Notes under the pieces: model-generated
Told to the model about the DNA's origin: nothing
What the model saw: only the letters and a program-made list of their open reading frames with translations
The model's database searches: none
Assembly: GCA_020137815.1 (NCBI GenBank)
Contig: CM035355.1
Span: 1,922,001 to 1,986,000 of the forward strand
DNA length: 64,000 bases
Direction of reading: 5' to 3'
Source of the DNA: Hormiphora californensis
Taxonomy: Eukaryota; Animalia; Ctenophora
Shown: in pieces, positions 25,388-64,000 of the stretch
Numbering within the stretch: the first letter of the stretch is position 1
Layout: each line of letters opens with the position of its first letter
Position numbers and translations under genes: made by a program

Positions 25388-27921
25388 CTGGAGGTAGTAA
25401 CGCTATAATGGCGAGGGGCCATTGTCAAAGGAGTGATCCGAGAGAGAGTGAGTGATTAGAGAGAGAGAGAGAGAGTATGAGTGAATGAGAGGGAGAAGAG
25501 AGGGAGAGTTTGTGTGTGAGGAAGAAAGCTGGACACTCTACAAATTTGTTAGAGATGTGAAGAACATGAATGGGGCGTGTACCATCTAAATCACAAGCCG
25601 GGAGCTTGCAAATTATTTCTTCCCCTCAATTCTCAATCTATTCTCTCTGACAGACTCTCACTCTCCATCTCCATCTCTCTCCCTCTCTCTACTCCGGCTC
25701 CATTACTGTATAATACCTCGGCAAGCTGCGTTTGAATGTTCTCCATTTTTAGTTGATACGAAGCGAGCTCCCCGGATTTTTTCTCCACTGTAGCCTCGGA
25801 CAACTCCAATTCTTTCTTCAATTCCAAATACTCAGCAGTTTCAATCACTTTAATAGCCTGAAACAACGGGCCGATATACTATATAATGAGAAGCAATGAC
25901 ATGTTTAGTTAGTAGACATGATAAGTGAGGACAGGGATTTAACAAAAACAAAATAAAATAGATAATCATTAATCGCTCCAGAAAATAAAACTAAACCATT
26001 AACACTGATTAAGATTACCTTATTCTTGCACTGTTCGGTAAACCGTTCCAGTATTGAATCATGTCTCTCCTTCCACTCCTCTACCTCCGCCTCCACTGAA
26101 TCTTGTCTAGTCTGGCACTCTGCCAAACTCCTCACCAGTCTCTTATTCTCCACAGCAAGGAGCCTCAACTTCTGTTTATCCCTCGTGGTGCAGGGTCGTG
26201 GGTATGATTTGCAGGACGTGGAACTGACAGAGACACGGGAACGCAAGATCTGGGACTGAACCACCAAAACTTTCTCTGGTGGCCAGCTTTTGGGTCCCCA
26301 TCCTTTTTTGGAAGCTCTTCTTTCGGAGGGAGTCTTTAAATTTGGAGAAGAAGTTGATTTTATGTTTGATGTTCTTGTTAGCTGGATCACTTGATTCGGT
26401 ACTGTTGCTAGTGTCGATGAATCTACCATACTGTTGCTACAGCTATCTCGGCCAGTGGAGCTGCACTTGAGCATGCTACTTGTAAAGCTACCGTAGGATG
26501 TAGAAGCAGGACAATTCGTTGTGACCTCCTGGTAAAGAAAGAGTCCTGGTTGTGCGATGTGAACACCTGGCTACAAATTCTAACTGATGCAGCAAAATGC
26601 ATGGCTGTATACAGGTAAGCCAAGTAAAAGCCATGTTTTGCACTTTTGTGGAGCTCTAACATTTGCTCAGTGCTCCTCAAAAAGCACAAAACATGGCTTC
26701 TTCTTCTTGCTGTATGAGGCAGGCGCTCTCGACGCACAACCAGACCCCTTTCTTACCAGGGTGGGGCCGGGGTTAGGTGGCCAGTTGTTGGATGTGTTAG
26801 GTGGCGAAGACCCGGGGGTGGGAGCTAACAGGTTGATGTTAGAGGGTTGTGGAGCGAGATCAGTATGTTCCAGGACATATCCTGCCATCTCGGCATGTTT
26901 TAGAGCCTCTTGAATGTTTTCCGGGGCTAGGGGATCTCCAGTAAGGAGGGGAGGTTGTAACATGGGGAATGCTGCAGTGGAAGGCATGTCACTAAAGATC
27001 TCAGAACCTGGAATACACATTGTAGGTGTTACCGGCTCAAACTCGTCTTCCTCCTCCTCCTCCTCATTTTCACAGTCTTCTTCGTCTTCGTCTTCTTCAT
27101 ATTCCTCTTCTTCATATTCACCCTCTTCTTCATATTCCTCTTCTTCACCTACATCTTCTTCATATTCCCCCTCCTCCTCCAGAACGTGTATCCCATGATA
27201 ATGACCCTCCTCTTCACTCTCACTCCCATCTCCCCCTCCCTCCTCATCATCTGAATAAGCCACCTTGCACTCACTGATCACCCGCACCATCCCAGATATC
27301 CTGTCTATTAATAGATTCCTCTCCTCACACCTAACACACCTTTGAATCTGTCCTATCATCTCCAACAACACCATCTGCAGGGTGTTCAGAAGGGTCCTAT
27401 AACACTCCGAACTGACAGCAACATTCCTTTCCCGTAGCCGGGCGTAGTGACGGCTTGTCCTGCGCTTCCGAGGTGGTTTCTTCACCCCTACTACCTCCTC
27501 GATACCGAACGTTTCTATGGTAACCAGAACTCGTTCTCCCCGTGAGTGGAGAGCGTCCTTGAGTTCCCGGGAGAGGTTAGAAAACACCCCAATTGTCACC
27601 AGGATCCATCAAGAGACGATTCATCTTACTGTGAATGTTCTCAACTATGATGTTGTAGAGGTTTCGATCTGCTGTCTCGTGGGCCGTTTTGAGACTTTCC
27701 TCCGAGGGTGCCTGAATATGGGAGGGTGGCATGTATATCACATGCAGGAGATATTATAGAGATGGTTATGATCTTTCTCTCTCGCTGGGCGTGTCTTTAA
27801 TTCCATGGTATTCCATCAAGGAGCATGCAACACAAGTAGTGGGGTTTTGATCTGGTACACCTTGATTAATCTTTGAAACAAAGAGCTAGAGAGAGGAGAG
27901 ATAGGGAGAGAGGGAGGGAGG

Positions 27922-28001
<80 letters not shown>

Positions 28002-31000
28002 AGAGAGAGACGGTCCACTCTCTCTCTCTACCTCTACTCTTCTCTCTCTCTTTCTCTTCTCTCTCTCCATCTCGGAGAAGTGAGAGAAATATTCCGTCAT
28101 GATCAGATATGAAAATCAAAACAAAAAGAAATCATATTGTGTCATAACTTGAAAATATCACATCATGTCATAGCACTGGCAAGTGCCCCGGGCCCAAAAG
28201 GGGGTGTGGGGGCACAGCCCCCACCATAAACGGGGGTGTGGGGGCAGAGCCCCCACCTTAGAAATACCCTCTAACTCAAAAAACAAAAGAGAGAGCACAC
28301 GCAACACTTCTACACACAAGCGCATGAAAACCTGCCAGTGCTACTATATACCATTGCAGATTTCGGGGTTTTTGATGCTTTAAAAAAGCATGTTCCAGAT
28401 GAAGTAGAGAGCTGAAATTTTGTACTCTGAGGGCCCTCATATAGGAGAAGAGGCATGCAAATTTTCAGAACGATCGGATGTAAGGTAAAAATTTGCCAGA
28501 GGGGTCCCAAAATGCAAAAATGTAAGGAGGGGGAGGGGAGGGGGAGGGGAGGGGGAGGGGAGGGGGAGGGGGAGGAGGACGCTTTTTTATCTTTGAGTGT
28601 TCTCCTAAACTACAAATAGTAGAGACTTGCCGTTTGGAGCAGTGGTTCCTTACATCATTGCGCTCGGTAATAGCTTTGTGAGAACTTCGAAATCGCCATA
28701 GTTCATTAATTATTCATTAATTAGTCATTAAATATTCATTTAAACCATGGTCGCGATATGACACGACTCGAAGGTCATAGAATCTTGAAACCGGTCTTAT
28801 TCGACGCGGAATCATCGATTTATGGGGGGTCTAACTCGGGACAAAAATCTCTATCTCGCACCGTTAAGCCGTCATTTGCATATTTATGCACCTATTCACG
28901 ATTTTATGCATATTTTCAATATTTTCACTTCGGCTCGTCCTAGAACGTTTTAATGGACATATTTCGACGCAAAATAGTCGATTTATGGGGGGTCGTCCCC
29001 CGGACAAAAAGTCGTATCTCGCACCGTTTAGCCGTTATTTGCATATTTATGCACCGATTCATGATTTAATGCATATTCTGAATATTTCCAGTTCGGCTGA
29101 TCCTAGAACGTTTTCATGGACATATTTCGACGCAAAATAGTCGATTTATGGGGGGTCTTACTCGGGACAAAAATCTCCATCTCGCACCGTTAAGCCGTTA
29201 TTTGCATATTTATGCACCGATTCATGATTTAATGCATATTCTTAATATTTCCACTTCGGCTGGTCCTAGAACGTTTTCATGGACATATTCCGGCGCAGAA
29301 TAATCAATTTATGGGGGGTCGTCCCCCTGACAAAAAGTCGTATCTCTCACCGTTTAGTCGTTATTCGCATATTTATGAACTATTCAAGTTCGAAAATGTG
29401 CAGAACTCAGAAAAAATAGCTTTTTCTATTTAACAGCAAAAAGAACAGAAATTAAGTCCAAAAACCAATTAAATAAATTAGTTTGGATGCCCGGGCCCAT
29501 GTGGTGTCACGGGGGTAACACCTTTAGGCTACTGTCATAAATGATGGATATCGAGAGAGATAAAGGCAAAAGAAATTAGGAGAGAAAGAGTGAGATATAA
29601 TCAAGAAAGACGGAGAGATAAATAAGAGGAGAGAGAAAAAAGAGAGATGTAGTGAAAGAAACAGTGAGAGAAATAGTGTGAGAGAGAGAGAGTGAGAGAG
29701 AGATAGATAGAGATAGAAAGATTTAAGGATAACAATTAACAATTAACGAGATAGGGTAAACCGGGGCAAAATGGTTAACTTTTTACTTAATCGGTTCTCA
29801 CTCCCATTTAAAAAAAGATACAATGAAAAAAAATATATAGGATTAAAGTTCATTATTTTATCTTTCAAATAAGATAAATTTCAACTATAGGGACCATCAT
29901 TTACTTAACTAAATAACTAATTGAAAAATTTTGGTCGGAAAAATTGGTACCGGGGCAATTCGAGCATCACCAATAGGAGTGCTTTATTTCGTCACGTGTG
30001 AGTCACGTGAACGTCCTCACAACACCAGAAGAAGATTCCCGCCTGGTGTTGTTAGAGGTGGGGGCAATTCGAACAATGTAATCTACACGCAATCTACACG
30101 CTGGTCGTTCTTGCTCGAATTGCCCCGGTATCACGCGTGATCACGTGGTACAAAGAACTGCACATCATTGGCCCGGGAGTTAACCAAATTGCCCCGGTGT
30201 GTTAACCAAATTGCCCATGTTCGAATTGCCCCGGTTGTTCGAATTGCCCCGGTAATCTTAATTTACCAGAATTTGGAATGAAAACATGCGAATATTTAAA
30301 TAATTTTTATACCATCTGAAAGCTGATATTATTAGCTTTCAGCTGGTTTTTTCAAATCGGAAATTGACCAACTTAAACCGGATCTAGAGCCTATTTAGTG
30401 GTAACGGGCAGGCTCGAACGAGCAGTTTTCTTCTGGAGATAGGATGACGTCATTATGATAGCTTAACTAGGTGAGAGACGGGCAGTACTATGTTCGAATT
30501 GCCCCAGTTGTTCGAATTGCCCCGGTTTACCCTATGCCGTTAATTATGACAGTAGCCTAAAGGTGTTACCCCCGTGACACCACATGGGCCCGGGCATCCA
30601 AACCAATTTATTTAATTGGTTTTTGGACTTAATTAAATTATTCTTGAAATTAGAACACCGAAATCTCAATAACTGAACAATGGTGAAACGTAAAATAAAT
30701 TGTATACATAGAGAATTGAACAAATAACGAAGTACCAAGACATGCATTTACCTTGTAGATGGATGGGTTGGAAGGTCCAGAGCCGTTGGACATGTTCAGA
30801 CTGGTGTTATCGTCATAAGAATTGGAGCGGACATTGCTACCACCGTCACCGCTTGACCTCACGTCCTCTGTCTGGATCCTCGACTGATAATGGGAGTTGA
30901 TATAGATAGTAGAAGAGAGCTGGTACTGTGTTTGGACTGGAAAATGTGCGTTTACTTTTAGGATTCCGGGGCCAGGGCTCAGGCTCTCAAATAATAGTTT

Positions 31001-31152
31001 ATTTTCTCATTTATTATATATGGGAATTGTAGAATACTAAAAGATTCAGGCAAGACTGATATAATATCTCCCTGTTAGTGTTTATCGTCCACCTATGAGT
31101 GTATTGTAACTACAGTGCTGGGTCACTCACGCGAGCCTGGTCCAATGACCAT
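23267..31152 (-). CDS. Multi-exon protein with acidic tract, coiled coil and C-terminal PH domain
   Basis: Exons 31152-31131, 30936-30752, 27711-26757 (one extra base), ~26528-26020, ~25857-25716, ~24810-24681, ~24224-24074 and ~23446-23267. PH motifs LYKSRWFELE, LGQIVVSEI and YMLHADNAECSRKWLNGIEK. Confidence 0.72.
25313..25385. repeat. (GT)n microsatellite
   Basis: Directly visible. Confidence 0.95.
27885..28070. repeat. (GA)n followed by (CT)n microsatellite
   Basis: Directly visible. Confidence 0.9.
28815..29385. repeat. ~163-bp tandem repeat, ~3.5 units, alternating A/B variants
   Basis: Units begin gatttatggggggtc. Variants ...actcgggacaaaaatct and ...gtcccc(c)..gacaaaaagtcg alternate. 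Confidence 0.85.
29452..30632. mobile_element. TTAA-bounded element with ~90-bp TIRs, hosting a second element
   Basis: ttaagtccaaaaaccaat...ctgtcataa is mirrored at 30544-30632. Confidence 0.8.
29754..30532. mobile_element. TA-flanked TIR element (GGGTAAACCGGGGCAA ends) nested in the previous element
   Basis: TA-GGGTAAACC...GGTTTACCC-TA with repeated internal ttcgaattgccccgg motifs. Confidence 0.85.
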
Positions 31153-31691
31153 TTTAGACTTCGTATTGAGAGAAACTGATAGAGAAAGGGATTGGAGATC
31201 GGAAAGAGGAAGGAGAGAGAGAGAACATGAAAGAAATGTAGAAAATATATATGGAGCTAGAGAGATGGGAATTGGATCAACAAACAATAGGTCAACAAAA
31301 CGTACATTCAACCTACAACTGCCCCATTGTTCTCTCATACCTACATCTCTTTGTTCTATATATCTACCTCAACAATTAACCCATGAAACCATACTCCATG
31401 ATCAATCAAACACTGGTCAACATTTCTAATATATATATTCCTCCATCTGATCTCCCTCCCTCTCTTTATATTCCCATGCCTACTACGTCAAACCTTACTA
31501 CGTGCAGATGATTTGAAACTGAAACTGTTCAAGTTTTCTCCCCTCGCTCTATACCCCCCGCCCTTTCCCACAGTCAATGCAATAGTTTTATACTCTGACC
31601 CTATATATCACTAGAAGAAGCACGGAGGATTGCAGACCATGGAAACGTGTGAACATAAAGTATCTACACGCTAAATAATTAAAAGATTATG

Positions 31692-33487
31692 TCAGCAAAA
31701 TATATCCTGTCCTTGTCCGAGATGAACAGCAGAGTACCTCGATAATGTTACCACCTGAAAAGCTGTCCAAAGAGATACTACACTAACCGGAGTTGATAAT
31801 TTCTTGTTGCTCCAAATCGAGTAGAGTTCCCTGGCATTCTTGTCCTCTAGATATCGCTCAATTTGGTATGCTTCAACCGAACAGTATTCTGTCATCCTGG
31901 GGAAGAGAGGAGAATTCAATAGGAGGATTGGAAAAATATGGTACAGCAATTATAAGCATGTTAATTCTCAACTGGACCAAAACAAAAGTAAAACGTAGAA
32001 AGACATACTTTCGGTTCACGACAAAAATCTTCGGATGATCATGGTAGGGTTGCGGAATTTCAAACATCTCGTGCAGTTTTGCGTTGCAAGGGTCGGTATG
32101 TAGAAGGTACGGATAGAGGACATCTTCCTTTGCAAGTTCAGCCTGGCACACATGAACAACCTCCACATATCGCCCTATCATCTGATCGTTTTGTAGCTGG
32201 TGGGGAGAAGTTGGAATATTATGTTTGGTGAATGGGGGACAGTGTGGTAGTTTTGTAACTGGAAAAACGGTTTCGTTACAAAGTGATAACTGATATTGGT
32301 AACTACTTAGATAGATGGGGTTCGAGTACACGGAGTGTGGGATGTAAACTACCTGGGTAACAAGATCCTTTAGTCCCCCAATGAGGTCAGGAATTGTCCC
32401 AAAAACAAGGAAACAAAGGTGCATCTTACTCCAATCTGTTGTGTAGATATTCTCATCAACTGTTATTAACTTCAGCTCATCCAATACCCTGTTGTGGCGA
32501 TGTATAGTTTAATGTACATTGTACACAGACCTACGATCCAATACCCTGTTGTGGTTGTTATAATTCGTACACAGCTACATATATCATATTTCAATAATGT
32601 TTCAATTCAGACGTTCAATGTGGAATTACTAAATCTATGCAAGCTATATTCTGTGTTATTACTTGTGAATTGGTCGTTTCAGTGTTTTGTAACACGTGTG
32701 CCTCTCCACTGAATTAATTGTTTCCACCGAGGCAGAGGGTGTCATGGCAGAGGAAACTTTGGAGGAACTGTCAATGTCAATAATACTTGGTTCCGCGTCT
32801 GCTATATGAAACTGTACAATCAGCTCGCATGTCGTGAACCTCTGGGAAAACAGGGGGTTTTGATTTTATATGGGTCAGTGAACAGTTCACACTGCCAAGT
32901 CTCACATTTCACAAACCTAATGTGTTATCAAAGATGTAACAAGAGAAGTACACATATTTGCATACCTTATGGTTTTTAAGGTTGACCGATAACTTCTCTT
33001 CCTCCACCAAACTCTGTCCAGTAACTTTTCTATTCGCAATCTCATGAATATCAGCTAACTTCACATGTCCAAGTTTGTAGGGAGCTGAACCACTCTCATG
33101 GCACACATAGAGTTCCGGTGGTTTCGAAGGGCTTGTCATATCTATCCTTTTTCTTCTTCAATGTTGCAGAGAATTTTAGGATTTGTTGGTGCTTCCATGC
33201 GAGCTCATATTTCAGTTCGGCCATATTGACACATTTGGAGTTAGAGATACACTCTGTTTGAATTTCATCTTTTCCGCCGACACCTGAAAGGTGAGTGGAA
33301 GGGTTAAGAAAAATTTCATATCAATCATAAACAGTAAATTTAGGAGACTAAAAGGAATCTCACCATTAAAAACCAGATGCTAGACAAGTTTTGGAGTTAT
33401 CCTGTGTCCGAGTTATGTCGGAACATGTTACGTTAATTTGTTGAACGAGCAATTCGAATCTGATACGATATCCTTCCCTACTATGAC
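31692..33487 (-). CDS. Multi-exon protein with probable N-terminal NT-C2 (EHBP1/EEIG1-type) domain; start exon not resolved; apparent frameshifts
   Basis: YRIRFELLVQQINVTC...LAWKHQQILKFSATLKKK...ELYVCHESGSAPYKLGHVKLADIHE...CELIVQFHI resembles NT-C2 beta strands. Later exons end ...GQDIFC* at 31692. Confidence 0.5.
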
Positions 33488-33576
33488 CTAACATTCTACC
33501 CTAAAATGAGTCACGAGATTTTGGTGAGAAGAGGGAAGAGGGAGGAGGTCTGTGCTTCGAAAACATGATCCCGTGA

Positions 33577-33729
33577 TAGTGGAAGCTCTTACGGTATTGA
33601 GTATTCCCACGACCGTGGGAAAAGAGAGATAGATAGAAATACTAAGAGAAAGAAATTTCTCTCTCTTAGTATTTCTATCTATCTCTCTTTTTCCACGGTC
33701 GTGGGAATACGGTAAGAGCTTCCACTATG
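33577..33729. repeat. ~150-bp imperfect palindrome in the divergent region upstream of BTAF1
   Basis: atagtggaagctcttac...cccacgaccgtgg...agaaatttct...ccacggtcgtggg...gtaagagctttccactat. Confidence 0.85.
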
Positions 33730-34197
33730 ACCGGTGACCCATCCGGCATCCACCACGTTAGTCGTTAGAGAAAGGAAATCTTGAATTGACCGTTGATTTT
33801 TATGCAATGACCTATGTCCTTTAATATTTCAACAACAGACACATAGCTTACAATTCAGAACAGGAGAGTGAATTGAAGAAGACAAAATACAAAATTAAAA
33901 ATGTGAAAGTCGTGTTAAAAAGTGAAGTCAAAAACTTGATTTTCACTTCCTCGCCGTAACGCGCCGTACGTAAATATTTAAAACGCGCTTTATTTCTTTA
34001 GAATACGCTGCAATTGAACGCCGCGCATAAAAATAACTGAATTTCAGCTGAAAAACAAACTTCAAAATTTTAACACGCACGAAAAAGTGCTCAGTTTTCT
34101 GTTCTGGCATGCGCCTCCGTCGATCCTGGCTGTCTCTGTGGAACAATGGAACTAAATTGAACAACTGATTAAAAGTGCTATCAAAGAATTACAAGTA

Positions 34198-62260
<28,063 letters not shown>

Positions 62261-62465
62261 GTAAGTCACCCCTCTCAACCGCACGGGTTATACCTTAGTC
62301 CCGCTTTTATTTCAACCGCGAGGGCCGAGGATTGAATGTACTAGTGTTATAGTTTACCCCCTGTATTTTAGACTTTAGCACTCGTTCCATAGGCTGCCAT
62401 ATAATTTAGTAAAAGTCAGTCGACCGGGTGTAATTCGTTTGTAATGTATATATTTTTCAAATCCA

Positions 62466-62612
62466 ATCCACAATCTTGCTGAAGTATTAGACAACAAGGC
62501 ACGTGCAGATGTGGTGTATTTCGATTTCTCACGTGCCTTTGATTCGTGTAACCACGACCTAATACTCAGCAAATTGAAGCATGTTTTTGGAGTTGAGGGT
62601 AATCTCCTGAGG
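62466..62612 (+). mobile_element. CR1/L2-type LINE reverse-transcriptase fragment
   Basis: IHNLAEVLDNKARADVVYFDFSRAFDSCNHDLILSKLKHVFGVEGNLLR matches the non-LTR RT motif D(V/I)xYxDFxKAFDxVxH. Confidence 0.85.
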
Positions 62613-63270
62613 ATTACTCGTTCGTTACGTTGCATTTCGTTTCACTTTCGCTTGTCTCATACACTAAAAAGGGCTGTTTTCCTCAATAAAATGCAACTCA
62701 AATCTGCCTCTAGTTCTCATTTCCATCACACATGACCTCCCAGTTACCACTGAAATGTCTCTCGGGCTTGGCCTGGTCTCATTACTAAATTACAGCAACA
62801 TTTTTGTCCAATATGAGCTCTTCCCCTCACTAAAATACAACTTAAATCCGCCTCAAATACCAATATTCGAGAACATATGATCTCTCAGTCACCAGTGAGC
62901 AGTCTCCCCGGCAACGCACAGTCCAATAGTTAGTTTAGGGCAGCAATTTTGGCCAAAATCGACCAAAACTTTGAAATTTCGCATTTAATTAAATTTGGGA
63001 AACTTTGTACTTTGCCATTGCGTGTTTGATAAAGGAGCACTAACAAGTCACAGAGCAGAATTCTATTCATTACTCGTTCGTTACGTTGCATTTCGTTTCA
63101 CTTTCGCTTGTCTCATACACTAAAAAGGGCTGTTTTCCTCAATAAAATGCAACTCAAATCTGCCTCTAGTTCTCATTTCCATCACACATGACCTCCCAGT
63201 TACCACTGAAATGTCTCTCGGGCTTGGCCTGGTCTCATTACTAAATTACAGCAACATTTTTGTCCAATAT
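62613..63270. repeat. Two ~200-bp direct repeats (62613-62814 and 63069-63270)
   Basis: attactcgttcgttacg...tttgtccaatat duplicated, with no differences noticed. Confidence 0.9.
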
Positions 63271-63615
63271 TACCCCCCGTTTTGATAAATGTTATTATCT
63301 ATCTCATCCGAATCGTCTTCTAGAATATTTTACACTCTAGTGGTGCTACAATCTGCCCAACCCATTGTTTGTGTTTGATCGTTTTCGTTCTTTGTCACCA
63401 TTGGAAATGTTTACACCTCTCATCTCATCACCAACAACATGACGGTACCAATCATTCATCAAGGTCGTAAGTTCACCTGTCCGTATTGTTTGTTCATTTA
63501 TTGTGTACAGTTGATATTGTGAATGTAATTGACTATTCAATAATTAAGAGTAAGACAAGACATAGCTTGAGAGTGTGCCCCAGACAGACCAACAAATACG
63601 ATAAATATCAAACCA

Positions 63616-63825
63616 GACCAAGACCCTCTCAAAGGCAAAACGTTACCTATTATCAAGACCAAGACCCTCTCAAAGGCAAAACGTTACCTACCCGACCAAG
63701 ACCCTCTCAAAGGCAAAATGTTACCTATTTTCAAGACCAAGACCCTCTCAAAGGCAAAATGTTACCTACCCGACCAAGACCCCCTCAAAGGCAAAACGTT
63801 ACCTAACGGACCAAGATCCTCTCGA
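63616..63825. repeat. Minisatellite of ~36-41-bp units, ~5.5 copies
   Basis: gaccaagaccctctcaaaggcaaaa(c/t)gttaccta plus alternating short tails. Confidence 0.9.
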
Positions 63826-64000
63826 ATGTTCCAGTTAAAATTTTTGGTTTTTGGGGGTTCAAGATGGACAAACTGGGTGAGGAAGGGCTATAGATTAAAG
63901 TTTAAGTAGTATACTTGTTATACTTAAACTTTAAGGAGTATGGAGTAGGGAAGAAGGGAAAATGTTGCTAGTTATGTATAATCATGGAAACGCGAATTTA

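Noticed and set aside
26667-27599. Stand-alone 310-aa acidic protein
   Set aside because: Splice sites at 27711 and 26757 link it with upstream and downstream exons of the PH-domain gene.
63616-63825. CRISPR-like array
   Set aside because: The intervening sequences are only 3-7 nt and recur; eukaryotic context with no cas genes. It is a minisatellite.

Overview
Intron-rich animal genomic DNA. The many nested antisense intronless genes, divergent GPCRs and repeat families suggest a ctenophore (Pleurobrachia/Hormiphora-like), but this is inference. Five spliced host genes can be traced by hand through GT-AG exons: an ABCA lipid transporter (minus strand, ATG 13734, runs off the left edge), a coiled-coil protein (+, 14498-22190), a coiled-coil/PH-domain protein (-, 31152-23267), a probable NT-C2 domain protein (-, ~33487-31692) and BTAF1/Mot1 (+, 34198, runs off the right edge). 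Their introns hold antisense genes: an LGR-like GPCR and a tandem cluster of divergent 7TM receptors in ABCA, a MATH-MATH-BTB gene in the coiled-coil gene, and a three-copy class A GPCR array in BTAF1. Introns are dense with MITE/foldback elements. The most notable observations are: (1) a 1.57-kb near-perfect palindromic TA-flanked element inside the MATH-BTB coding sequence, whose removal restores a 610-aa ORF and which carries a splice donor with an in-frame acceptor nearby; (2) GPCR paralogs that differ at canonical ligand-pocket positions 3.32, 3.36 and 5.38-5.47; (3) a chimeric 7TM gene made by tandem duplication; (4) a covarying C(UUCG)G-capped structure at a Helentron-like element end; (5) repeated +1 frameshifts in several genes, including conserved BTAF1, most likely consensus errors. 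All coordinates were read by eye and may be off by a few bases.
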